A stretch of 64,000 nucleotides of DNA from Spirochaetia bacterium (GCA_965198005.1 CBDAOI010000004.1:896001-960000), one strand, 5' to 3'; positions 42,519-52,577 are shown, counted from the stretch's first letter. Notes: a model not told the origin generated them from the letters alone. A program made the numbers and translations.

Positions 42519-42857
42519 TCATTCGTCCGTAATCGGAACTGGTTCTATCGCCCCCGCGGCGTCTGTTCGGCACCTGGCCACAGTGGGGGCGCTTTGGCCG
42601 GCTGTATTCTTGGCGCGCACCTCCATCTCGTATTCCGTATCCGGCTTCAGCCCGATAAACGTGCATGACGTCAGCGGGGTCTCAACGCCGACAAGCCACG
42701 CCTCCGAACCCAACTCTCGAACCCGCACCAAGTAGGTAACCTGCGGTGTAACGTCCACCTCCATCCATTCGCTCCGCATCTCCTCCGGAGGCCAAGGCAG
42801 ACAAATGGCGTACGACTTTCCGTTCCACACCACCGGTGGTTTGGGTCCACTCACCAT
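42519..42857 (-). CDS. Small fibronectin type III domain protein
   Basis: YLVRVRE...GLKPDTEYEMEVRAKNTAGQS FN3 signature. Confidence 0.75.
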   Translation of the reverse strand: MVSGPKPPVVWNGKSYAICLPWPPEEMRSEWMEVDVTPQVTYLVRVRELGSEAWLVGVETPLTSCTFIGLKPDTEYEMEVRAKNTAGQSAPTVARCRTDAAGAIEPVPITDE

Positions 42858-42980
42858 AACAGTGCACGCTCCTGATCAGTTTCCGATGGCGCCATGCCGA
42901 ATGGCGCGCACGACTCTAAACTTGACGGCAGTCATTTGATCGAGATGGAGCCAGCGAGTCAAGGTCCCTGGGCGCGCGGG

Positions 42981-44294
42981 TCAGCCCAGGCCGAGCTGGC
43001 GCAGCTTGTTGAACAGGGTGCGGCGGGTGATGCCGAGCTCGGCGGCGGCGCGCGTGCGGTTGCCCTCCCAGCGCGCCAGGGCGGCTTCGATGAGGCGGCG
43101 TTCCTGCTCCTTGAGAGTGCCGGCGAGGGGCGCCGGCTGGAGATACAGCTCCGGTGCGCCACCTGCCGGCGCGGGCCGCGCGGCGCCCAGGTCGAGGTCG
43201 TCCGGGCCGATGGTGGCGCCCTCGGTGAAGATCACCGCCCGCTCCAGGATGTTCTCCAGTTCGCGTACGTTGCCGGGGAAGCGGTAGCCGGCCAGCACCT
43301 GCAGCGCCGCCGGACTCAGCCCCTGGAGCTGGCGGCCCATGGTGCGGTTGAGCCGGGTCAGGATGCGTCCGCCCAGCGGCGGCAGGTGGATGCGCACCAC
43401 GTTGAGCCGGTAGTAGAGGTCCTCGCGGAACCGGCCGGCGGCCACTTCCTCCTCCAGCGCGCGGTTGGTGGCGGCGATCAGGCGGGCCGCGATCGGCACC
43501 GCCGCGGTGCCGCCCAGGCGTTGGATGCGACGCTCCTGCACCGCGCGCAGCAGCTTGACCTGCAGGTGCGCCGCCAGCTCCCCGATCTCATCCAGGAACA
43601 GGGTGCCGGCGGCGGCCAGCTCGAACATGCCGATCTTGCGCTGCGCAGCACCGGTGAAGGCGCCGCGCTCGTGGCCGAACAGCTCGCTCTCCAGCAGTGC
43701 CTCGGGAATGCCTCCGGTGTTCACCGGGATGAACGGGCCGGCACGGGCGGAGTGGTGATGCAGGGCGCGCGCCACCACCTCCTTGCCGGTGCCGCTCTCG
43801 CCGGTGACCAGCACCGTCGACGGCGTGGGCGCCACCTTGCGCACCAGGGCCTCGATCCGCGCCATGGCGGCACTCTCGCCCAGGGGCGGCAGGTCGGCAC
43901 CGGCCCGTCCGGCCGCCTCGGCGTGGTCGCGCAGCGCCTGCGCCTCCACCAGCTTGGTGAGCCGCAGCACCAGCTCTTCCGGATCGAACGGCTTGACCAG
44001 GTAGTCGCCGGCGCCCAGCTTCATCGCCGCCACCGCGTCCGCCACCTCCCCGTACGCCGAGATCATGATCACCGGCAGGCGCGGCCGCTCGGCGCGCATC
44101 CAGCGCAGCAGCTCCAGCCCGTCCATGCCCGGCATCCTGAGGTCGATCACCGCGGCCGCGAAGGTCTCCTGCTGCAGCCGGCGCTGCGCGGCCAGTCCAT
44201 TGTCCGCGGTCACCACCTCGGCGCCGTCGAGCTCCAGGTAGTGCTGCAGCGACGTGCGGATGTTGCGCTCGTCGTCGGCGACCAGCACCCTCAT
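42981..44294 (-). CDS. sigma54-dependent response regulator (NtrC/ZraR-like)
   Basis: REC ADDE/DLRMP, GESGTGKE, ESELFGHERGAFTGA, FPGNVREL, Fis HTH. The RER..DI segment after LPPL is missing. Confidence 0.9.
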   Translation of the reverse strand: MRVLVADDERNIRTSLQHYLELDGAEVVTADNGLAAQRRLQQETFAAAVIDLRMPGMDGLELLRWMRAERPRLPVIMISAYGEVADAVAAMKLGAGDYLVKPFDPEELVLRLTKLVEAQALRDHAEAAGRAGADLPPLGESAAMARIEALVRKVAPTPSTVLVTGESGTGKEVVARALHHHSARAGPFIPVNTGGIPEALLESELFGHERGAFTGAAQRKIGMFELAAAGTLFLDEIGELAAHLQVKLLRAVQERRIQRLGGTAAVPIAARLIAATNRALEEEVAAGRFREDLYYRLNVVRIHLPPLGGRILTRLNRTMGRQLQGLSPAALQVLAGYRFPGNVRELENILERAVIFTEGATIGPDDLDLGAARPAPAGGAPELYLQPAPLAGTLKEQERRLIEAALARWEGNRTRAAAELGITRRTLFNKLRQLGLG

Positions 44295-45553
44295 GCCGCG
44301 GCCCCCGCCCGCGGCAGGGTGACGCGCGCCTCGGTGCCGCCGCCCGGGCGCGGATTCAACTCCAGGGTGCCGCCCGCCGCCTCGATGAAGCGCAGGGTGA
44401 TCGGCAGCCCGATCCCCGAACCCTTCGACTTGGTGGTGTAGAACGGATCGAATACCCGCGGCCGCTGCTCCGGCGCAATCCCGCGGCCGCGGTCGAGCAC
44501 GCGCAGCGTGACCCGCTTGGCCGCGGCCGCGGCCGTTACCTCGACCGGCGCGGCCGCGCCGCCGCCGCTCTCCTGCGCGTTGCGGATCAGGTTCTCCACC
44601 GCCGAGCGCAGCCGTTCGCGGTCGCAGCGGACCGCCAGCGGCGCCGCCGGAACCTCCACCCGCAGCCCGGCGTGGCGCTGCGCCAGCGCCGTCAGAAAGC
44701 CGTTGAGCACGATGGTCTCGGGGTTGCCGGCGGGGTCGCGCAGGAAGTCGCCCACGCGGTCGGCCAGCGCGGCCAGGCGGTCCACCTCTTGGTCGATCAC
44801 CTGTAATTCCGGCGCCGCCTCTGCGCCGAAGTCGGTGGTCCGGCGCAGGATGGCGGTAGCGGTATTCAGGCGGATCGCGCTGAGCGGATTCCTGATCTCG
44901 TGGGTGAGGGTGCGCGCCGCCTCGCCGAGCTGCACCAGCCGGCGCTGCGCTTCCAGCCGGCGCCGGAAGCGGATGTTGTTGCGAATCAGGATGGAGCCGC
45001 CGCCGACCACGACCGCGATCAGCAGCGGGCTGGCGACCTGGGCGACAAGCCAGCGGCGCTCGGCGCGGAAGTAGCCGGTGGCATCCACCTCGAGCAGCAT
45101 GAACTCGTTGCGACCGAACCCGCCGGGCCGCCCGCGCCCGCGCCGAAGGTCCGGGCCGAAGCGCGGATCCTGCGGCCGCCAGCGGCGTCGGTACAGCGTC
45201 AGGCTGCGCCGCGGGCGGTCATACTCGAAGCGGTCTTCGCCCGGCGCCAGCAGCCCCGGATCGAGCCGCGGCGGCACCTCGCCGATGCGGATTCGCTCCA
45301 CCCGGCCGGCGGCGTCGTAGGTCGCGGCCCGAATGATCGGATCGGCAAGGGTGGTGTCCACCTCGGCGCCGGCGACGGCCTGGGCCACGATCAGGAACAG
45401 CCCCGAGGCGATGCGCTCCGCCTCGTACTGCGCGAGCAGCTTGCTGCGTTCGCGCTCGCTGTGGATGAACACGCCGGTGAGCACGCTGAGCGCCGCGAAC
45501 GCGGCCAGCGCCGCCCCCGCTCCGATCAGGCTGCCGCGCGTCGCCGGCTTCAT
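44291..45553 (-). CDS. Sensor histidine kinase
   Basis: Two TM segments, THEIRNPL, NLIRNA, DRGRGI, FYTTKSKGSGIGL. Confidence 0.92.
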   Translation of the reverse strand: MKPATRGSLIGAGAALAAFAALSVLTGVFIHSERERSKLLAQYEAERIASGLFLIVAQAVAGAEVDTTLADPIIRAATYDAAGRVERIRIGEVPPRLDPGLLAPGEDRFEYDRPRRSLTLYRRRWRPQDPRFGPDLRRGRGRPGGFGRNEFMLLEVDATGYFRAERRWLVAQVASPLLIAVVVGGGSILIRNNIRFRRRLEAQRRLVQLGEAARTLTHEIRNPLSAIRLNTATAILRRTTDFGAEAAPELQVIDQEVDRLAALADRVGDFLRDPAGNPETIVLNGFLTALAQRHAGLRVEVPAAPLAVRCDRERLRSAVENLIRNAQESGGGAAAPVEVTAAAAAKRVTLRVLDRGRGIAPEQRPRVFDPFYTTKSKGSGIGLPITLRFIEAAGGTLELNPRPGGGTEARVTLPRAGAAA

Positions 45554-45756
45554 GGTCGGTGCGCCAGCACGCCGTGCGGCGCGGCGGACGCGCCCAGGGC
45601 ACAGCGGATCCGAGCCATGAACACAAGTTTACCGCCGCCGCGCCGGCTGGTGGCAAGGGCCCGCGCCGGAGCGCCCGCCCCCTGGCCGTGCCACGCGAGG
45701 ATGCGTGACGGTACGCCGCGTCTACCGTGCGCCGCGGGCCCGTACCCTCAGCCCCG

Positions 45757-46276
45757 CTACGCGTCTTCGGCGCGTGGCGCCGCCGGCCCCACCTCCTGCG
45801 ATTGCCGCATCATGCCCGCTCCCTTGCCGGGGCGGCCGAAGAAGCGCCCGCCCCGATGGCCGCGGAACTGGCGGTCGCCGCGGCCGTGGCGGTCGCGCAG
45901 CTCGCCGAAGCTGGCGGCGGCCTCGGTAGGGGTTGCCGTTGATCTGGCCGACCGTAGCGGTGAGGGCCACGAGGTCGTTGCCGCGCCGCACCTCGAACCG
46001 CAGCGCGTCATCGACGCCGTGGTCGCTGATCGCCGCGAACAAGTCGCGCTTGCCGGCGATCCCGGTGCCGTCCACGCCGACGATCAGGTCGCCGCGTTGC
46101 AGGCCGGCACCGGCCGCGGGGCCGTCCGGGTCCACGGAAGCCACCAGGGCTCCGGTCTCGTTCTGGTTGTCCCAGAAGCCGTGCCAGGTGCGCGCGGCGG
46201 CCGGCAACGCGATCAGGGCCGCGGCCACGAGCGCCGCACCGGCGATCAGGAAACGTCTGGGCTGGCGAATGTTCAT
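45757..46276 (-). pseudogene. Exported PDZ-domain protein with internal deletion/frameshift
   Basis: Signal peptide, GALVASVDPDGPAAGAGLQRGDLIVGVDG. Frame breaks at GNPY (about 45926); the C-terminal tail is in ORF 45757..46011. Confidence 0.7.
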
Positions 46277-46380
46277 GGGTAATCCTCCTCCGATGAACGG
46301 TGTTGTTGGCCGCTGCGGTAGTCCGCTGACCGGCTGGCAGCTCGGCAGCTCCGCTCCCGCCGCGGCGTTACCGCGACGAA

Positions 46381-46397
46381 TGCAGGAAGCGTGCCAA
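46381..46397 (-). promoter_or_regulatory. sigma54 (-24/-12) promoter
   Basis: TTGGCACGCTTCCTGCA on the minus strand, about 105 nt upstream of the PDZ gene. Confidence 0.75.
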
Positions 46398-46777
46398 GCA
46401 GGTCCAAGTCGCTGGTGCGGCTCCGCGTCACCTCCGGGGCCGGAATTCTTTTCCCGCTTCCCGTGTGCTGAGAAACTTTTTCCCGCGGCCGTGAATGCGG
46501 CATTCAGCCTCACCCGGCGCCGCAAAAAATCTCGAGAATCTCAGAATCTCAATGAAAAGCGCTTGACCGAGTGTCGGCGCCGCGGCGGCGCCACTCCAAC
46601 GGCACCCTGCACCGCCGCCGCACCGCGCAGGCGCTCGCGCGACAGTTTCTGTCCGCTGCTGGACCACGCTGCGGACCCTGCAGAGCGCTACTTGCCCACT
46701 CAAGATTTCTGCGGTAGGATTCGTATTGACCATAGTCATGTCCATGGTCAAGCAGGAGGCACTCGAGGTAACGAGCA

Positions 46778-47062
46778 ATGCATGCCGACGAACAACAAGC
46801 GGGCGGCGGACCGACTGTCGTCAAGGCATCCGAATTCAAGGCCACGTGTCTTCAGCTCATGGATCGAGTAGCGGATCTGGGCGAAGAGATCGTGATCACC
46901 AAGAACGGGCGCCCGGTATCGCGGCTGGTGCCGTACCGGACCAGGCCGCGAACCCTGTTCGGCATTGATCGCGGCAGGATCGAGTTGGTTGGCGACATTA
47001 TCGAGCCGGTAGACGTGGAGTGGGAAGCCCAACACGGGCCCGCAGGGAAGGCGGGCAAGTGA
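46778..47062 (+). CDS. Phd/YefM antitoxin
   Basis: KASEFKATCLQLMDRV...EIVITKNGRPVSRLVP. Confidence 0.88.
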   Translation: MHADEQQAGGGPTVVKASEFKATCLQLMDRVADLGEEIVITKNGRPVSRLVPYRTRPRTLFGIDRGRIELVGDIIEPVDVEWEAQHGPAGKAGK

Positions 47063-47160
47063 TCCTGCTCGACACCCACGTGATGCTGTGGCTGAGGTTG
47101 GGCGAACCGGAGCTTGGCACCGGAGCGCGTGTCGAGATCGATCGCGCGTGGCAGTCAGAT
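47059..47160 (+). pseudogene. VapC/PIN toxin N-terminal fragment
   Basis: GTGA-coupled MILLDTHVMLW...ARVEIDRAW, after which similarity is lost. Confidence 0.75.
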
Positions 47161-48787
47161 TGTCGAGAGCTCGATCGACGGTGCGCAGCGCCGCTTCCAC
47201 GGTGCTGGGGTTGGCGTTGCGCGGTGACGGAGCCTCGGTCGGCGGGGAGAAGATCGGCCCGAGTAGGCGAGTACGGATCTTGACCAACAACGCGCCGCGG
47301 CGCACGCCATCTGCCGTGAGCCGATAGCGCCGGCTGTTGCCGACGCGCTCGGCCCGCGCCTTCCCTGGGTTTGGAAGGCCGTCAGGGGGCCGCTATGAGG
47401 CCGACTCGGACGCCGAGCGGCCCGCTGCCGGCCAATCGGCGGTGAATGCCGGCCCTGAACGGGTCCGAGTGCCGAGATCGTCGCCGCGGCGGCGCTCGTG
47501 CTGCCGCTCCTGTCCGAGCAGCCTCGAACTCAACCGACGAGCGGCTCGCGGTTGCACCTCCGGAGCGCCGCGACGGCCGCAGCAACGGCCCATTCCCCGC
47601 GCGCGCGGCGACTGACGGAGCGGCGGCTTGACGCTCGAGGAGGTCTGCCGTCGCTAGTAGCTGGTCCTGGAGGTGGCTGCGACCCGACCAGGCTGGGCTG
47701 CGGGCGGTGGCGGCGCGGTCAATACGGAGCCAGCGGTGCCGGGAAGCGGCGTTGACGGGTGTTGCAGGGGGTACCCCAGGCTTACCCCCGAGGGGCTATG
47801 AGGCCGACGTGGACGGTGATGGCCGGATGATACGCCTGCTTGCCGCCGCTACCACGGCCTGCGGACGGCCACATCGCCGGCGAATGACGGCTCCGGAGGG
47901 GCGATGCGCCCGAGTCGGCGCCGCGAGGGGCTCTCGGCTGCCGCGGCTGCCCGAACGAAATCTCAAGAAACCTTCAATTCGCCAGTTTTTCCTGTTGATT
48001 TGTGCCGCAGGGGTGGCATACTGAAAGTCTCAGGTTTGAACGGATGCAAAAGATGGCTGAAAACACTACTCAGCGCTGCCACCGGTTAGGGGCAACGCAA
48101 CCGGCGCGTCCTACCCTTGCCCCCCCCCCGGAATCCTTTCGCGGCGGGGGTTGACAAATGGTGGGCCCCCCAGACTGTCTCTTCAGGCCATCGACTGCCG
48201 TTCACCGAGAATTGCTGTACTTCGATCTGGCTGGTTGCCCCGAGTCGTAGGTCCGTGCTACGGTCGCACCGTAGAGCCATGAGCTGCCAGATTTCTTCGA
48301 TTTTTTCGACGCGGCTGGTTGATCCGAGTCGCACGTCCGTGGTACGGTCGCGCACGTCCGTGGTACGGTCGCACAGTAAAGTCATGCACGGTCCCTGTAG
48401 GCCCCCAAACAAGTTAGCGCTTATGGCCCCCCCCCCCCCCCCCCAAGTACTTGCACGAGAACCACTAAGCGCTTGGGCTGAGTGCGCCGCGCGCTGGGCG
48501 CGCCGCTTCGCCTGCACCACCACTACCTCGACCGCCTGCCTGGCGGCCCGCCGGCATTGCCGGTTACTCACTTTGGCTGCGTCGCCGACCAGCGCCCCAC
48601 GCGGCGCTCCGGGATCAGGTGCGCGCACCCGTTCAAGGAGGTGCCGGATGTAGGACGCAGGATGCAGAACCGACTCGAACTCGGGCTGCCGTTCTCGCTT
48701 TCCGGCACCTGCGATTGCGGGTGTACTTCGAGAGTGGGCGAGGGATGGGCAGTGGTATCAGCACTCTCGAATATTTAGGAGTCGAAG

Positions 48788-50590
48788 ATGCATTACGGAA
48801 TCTTTCGAAAGTTCCTCGCGGTACTGTTCGGTCTCGTGCTGACCGCAACCGCGCTCTGGGCGAGCCCGGCCGGCGAAGAGGCTCCGGCAGCCGCCATGGA
48901 GCAGGAAATGGTGATGGACCCCACCACCGGCCAAATGGTGACGGCGCCGGAGTATGGCGGGACATTTACCCACGCCACAAAGGGCGACTATCCGGTTGCC
49001 GACACGTGGTTCCAGCACGGGCCGGGAATTCTTCTCGCTCCTGTTGTAGAGAAGCTGGGCATTGCGGACTGGGCAATACCAAGGGACCAAAATAGCCTCA
49101 CTTCAACAGGCGTGGTGCTGGGAATTCCCCTAAGAGGGCAGCTGGCTGAAAGCTGGGAGCAACCCGACCCGCTCACTCTTATCTTCCACATCCGTCAGGG
49201 TGTTCACTGGCACGATAAGGCGCCGATGAACGGTCGGGAGCTGGATGCCTCGGACATCGAATACAACCTTCACCGTGTGACGGCTCTCGGCAGCGGCTTC
49301 ACCGAACCTAGTCCCACTGGCTGGATCAAGGATTTGCCAATCGAATCGATAGCGGCCACCGACAAGTGGACGGTTGTCGTGAAGCTGAAGGAGCCAAACC
49401 TCCAAGCGCTGATGAACCTCACCCTCGCCCAAACCGGCACCATATTACCCCCCGAGGTAATCAAACAGCAGGGCGACGTCAAAGATTGGAGGAACCTGGT
49501 CGGCACTGGGCCCTATATGCTGACTGACAGGGTCGAGGAAAGCTCGATAACCTACGAAAAGAATCCTGACTACTGGGGCTACGACGAGAAATACCCGGAG
49601 AACCGCTTGCCCTATACTGACAAGATAAGGACCCTGATCATGCCTGAAACGGCGACAATTCTGGCGGCGCTACGCTCGCGTCAGCTTGATTATACGGGTC
49701 AGGCCGGGGCATCTTCAATAACATCACTCGACCAGGCAGACAGCCTCAAGCGCACGAACCCTGAGATCGTGCAGTGGTATGTGTTCGGGCGGTCGGAGAC
49801 TGCTCTTGGTTTTGACGTTGTCAATCCGCCTTTTGACGACCTGAGGGTGCGCAAGGCGATGCAGATGGCAATTGACCCCGAGGCGATGAACAATACCTAC
49901 TTTAGAGGTGAGGGAGTCGCGACACCTCACGGGTGGGTAAGGGTCGAGGGGTATAACATCCCATTTGCAGAGTGGCCCACAGAGGTCAAGAAAGGCTATA
50001 TGTATGACCCGGAAGGTGCCGAGGCGTTGCTCGATGCGGCTGGGCTCCCCCGCGGTTCGGACGGCATTAGGTTCAAGACGAAGATGACTCATTACCAGCC
50101 GGTCGACATAAACCCCATGCAAGCAGAGGTTGAATACTGGCGTGAGATCGGCGTTGACGTAGTGATTGAGGTAGTCGACGCGCCTACGCTTGTCGATCGT
50201 GTACATAACCATACCTTTGAGGGTATGGTCACTTCGATTGCGGCTGTTGACTGGTCCCCGCCCGCCGCGGTACGCCAATCGCACTCGGCCACTGCTTTCA
50301 ACCGCACCGGGTTGACCGGCGCGAATACGGATTCCGTTTATGACGCCATGGTTGAAGCCGCCGACGCCGCTGCCACCCTCGAGGAGCAGCAGAGGCTGGT
50401 GGGAGAGGCGGATATGTACGCGATAGAGAGGCACTGGTATCTATGGGGTCCGATGGCCCCATTTATTCTCGCGCACCAGCCGTGGGTCAAAGGTTACAAC
50501 GGTGAGACCGATCTGGGGGCCGTCAGCTCTGGCTTGGTCTACGCGCGCCTCTGGATTGATAGCGCGATGAAGGAAGCGATGGGCTATTAG
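48788..50590 (+). CDS. ABC transporter substrate-binding protein, family 5 (Dpp/Opp/Nik-like)
   Basis: Signal peptide, PEYGGT, LAESWE, GTGPY, PPFDDLRVRKAM. Confidence 0.9.
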   Translation: MHYGIFRKFLAVLFGLVLTATALWASPAGEEAPAAAMEQEMVMDPTTGQMVTAPEYGGTFTHATKGDYPVADTWFQHGPGILLAPVVEKLGIADWAIPRDQNSLTSTGVVLGIPLRGQLAESWEQPDPLTLIFHIRQGVHWHDKAPMNGRELDASDIEYNLHRVTALGSGFTEPSPTGWIKDLPIESIAATDKWTVVVKLKEPNLQALMNLTLAQTGTILPPEVIKQQGDVKDWRNLVGTGPYMLTDRVEESSITYEKNPDYWGYDEKYPENRLPYTDKIRTLIMPETATILAALRSRQLDYTGQAGASSITSLDQADSLKRTNPEIVQWYVFGRSETALGFDVVNPPFDDLRVRKAMQMAIDPEAMNNTYFRGEGVATPHGWVRVEGYNIPFAEWPTEVKKGYMYDPEGAEALLDAAGLPRGSDGIRFKTKMTHYQPVDINPMQAEVEYWREIGVDVVIEVVDAPTLVDRVHNHTFEGMVTSIAAVDWSPPAAVRQSHSATAFNRTGLTGANTDSVYDAMVEAADAAATLEEQQRLVGEADMYAIERHWYLWGPMAPFILAHQPWVKGYNGETDLGAVSSGLVYARLWIDSAMKEAMGY

Positions 50591-50695
50591 GGCTTACTCT
50601 TCTCGGTGAGCTTGGAGTAGGAAGGGGGCGGGGAGGCTGTCGCTTCAGAGCGCGGTTCCCAGCTCCCTTTCTCATTGAATGACGAGGCGTGTGAC

Positions 50696-51694
50696 ATGAG
50701 AGCCTATCTCATCCGGCGGTTGCTGCTGATAATCCCCACCTTGTGGATATTGACCACCCTGGTCTTCCTGTCCGTGCGCTTCATCCCCGGCGATACAGTA
50801 GATGCGATGGTGGGTGAACTGGACGCCCAGGGTGTCGAGGTAGACCGTGCAGCAATAGAACGCATGCTGGGATTGGACGTGCCTGCCTGGGTGCAGTATG
50901 GACGCTGGATAGGAGTGTTGCCAACCCCCCACTGGATTACCGGCGAGTCCGAATTCAACGGTCTCCTCCAGGGCACCCTTGGCGACTCACTGCTTGGCTT
51001 CAGATCCGTAGAGGAGAAGATAATAGACAGACTGCCAGTAACCATTCAGCTTGGCGTCATGGCAATCGTAATCGGGCTGGTGATAGCCCTGCCAGTCGGC
51101 ATCTACTCGGCGATTCGCCAGGATACGGCCGCCGACTACGCGGGGCGCTCCATCGCCATCATCGGCCTGGCCACGCCCAACTTCTGGATCGGCATCATGG
51201 TCATGATCTACCCGGTCATCTGGTGGGGCTGGGCGCCGCCGCTGGAGCTGGTTGCCTTCACCGAAGACCCGCTGGGGAATCTGGCGGTGTTCATTATTCC
51301 CAGCCTGATTCTGGGAACGGCCTCGGCGGCTGCGACCATGCGGATGATGCGCACCATGATGCTGGAGGTGCTGAGGCAGGATTTTATCAGGACCGCCTGG
51401 TCCAAGGGACTGAGGGAGCGGGTCGTCGTCATGCGGCACGCCATCAAGAATGCCCTCATCCCGGTGGTTTCGCTGGTAGGCCTGCAGCTGCCTATTCTGG
51501 TAGGTGGCTCCGTGATCATGGAGAACATATTCAACCTGCCGGGGCTGGGTCGGCTCATGGTGCAGGCACTGAGTGACCGAGATTACCCGGTGGTCTCGGG
51601 AATCAACCTGTTTTTCGCCACTGGCGTGGTTGGGATCAATCTGCTGATCGACCTGGTCTACGCGGTCTTGGACCCCAGGGTTCGCTATGACTGA
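50696..51694 (+). CDS. ABC permease (DppB/OppB-like)
   Basis: YLIRRLL, IPGD, RTAWSKGL, HAIKNAL, PGLG. Confidence 0.92.
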   Translation: MRAYLIRRLLLIIPTLWILTTLVFLSVRFIPGDTVDAMVGELDAQGVEVDRAAIERMLGLDVPAWVQYGRWIGVLPTPHWITGESEFNGLLQGTLGDSLLGFRSVEEKIIDRLPVTIQLGVMAIVIGLVIALPVGIYSAIRQDTAADYAGRSIAIIGLATPNFWIGIMVMIYPVIWWGWAPPLELVAFTEDPLGNLAVFIIPSLILGTASAAATMRMMRTMMLEVLRQDFIRTAWSKGLRERVVVMRHAIKNALIPVVSLVGLQLPILVGGSVIMENIFNLPGLGRLMVQALSDRDYPVVSGINLFFATGVVGINLLIDLVYAVLDPRVRYD

Positions 51695-52559
51695 GTTCTT
51701 TCGCAGGCTGGTCAGGGAGAAGCCACTGGGTATTGTCAGCGGGATTGTGATAGTGCTCTTGATTATCGTCAGTATCTTCGCTGATGTTCTGGCCCCCTAT
51801 CCACACTACGAAATGCACCTGGTAGACCGGCTGACTGGCCCATCCGCCCAGTATCTCCTGGGTGCCGACCAGTTGGGCCGAGACCTCCTGAGCCGCCTTA
51901 TCTACGGGGCCCGTCTTTCGCTGGTCGTCGGTCTGGCAGCGACCACGGTCAACGTTCTGGTCGCTGTTCTGCTAGGCGGCACCTCGGGATTCCTCGGCGG
52001 CAGACTGGACTTGGTGGTGCAACGGTTCGTCGATGCCTGGATGTCTTTCCCGGGACTGCTGCTGCTGTTGACCATCATATCCATCGTGGGCCAGGGGTTG
52101 TTACAGCTCATCCTGATCCTGGGCATATCGGGAGGCATTGGCGGCTCGAGAGTGATCCGAGGCGCCGTCATCGGCATCAAGGAAGCCGACTACCTGCTAT
52201 CGGCGACAGCAACCGGCAGCTCGACAATGCGATCGCTTGTCCAGCACGTCCTGCCCAACATCATGCCGGTCGTCATCATCATATTCAGCATCAACATTGG
52301 CGGCGTCATCATTGCCGAGGCTTCTCTGAGCTTCCTGGGATTCGGACTGCCGCCGCATGTTCCGAGCTGGGGAGCCATGCTCAGCCGGGAAGGGCGCGAA
52401 TTCATGGAGATCGCGCCAGGGCTCGCTTTCTGGCCCGGTTTCTGCCTGACGATTGTCGTGTACTGTTTCAACATGCTCGGCGACGCCATGCGGGACCTGC
52501 TCGACCCCAGGCTCAGGGGCGGTGGCGGGCGCCTCGGTGCCGCTGCCTCGACCCACTGA
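51687..52559 (+). CDS. ABC permease (DppC/OppC-like)
   Basis: LGADQLGRDLLSR, HVLPN, EASLSFLG, GDAMRDLLDPR. Confidence 0.92.
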   Translation: MTEFFRRLVREKPLGIVSGIVIVLLIIVSIFADVLAPYPHYEMHLVDRLTGPSAQYLLGADQLGRDLLSRLIYGARLSLVVGLAATTVNVLVAVLLGGTSGFLGGRLDLVVQRFVDAWMSFPGLLLLLTIISIVGQGLLQLILILGISGGIGGSRVIRGAVIGIKEADYLLSATATGSSTMRSLVQHVLPNIMPVVIIIFSINIGGVIIAEASLSFLGFGLPPHVPSWGAMLSREGREFMEIAPGLAFWPGFCLTIVVYCFNMLGDAMRDLLDPRLRGGGGRLGAAASTH

Positions 52560-52577
52560 GGTGCGATCCGAGCCGGG

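Noticed and set aside
48086-48653. ORFs on both strands across the poly-C region
   Set aside because: Their translations only mirror the DNA repeats and homopolymers; the region is treated as non-coding.
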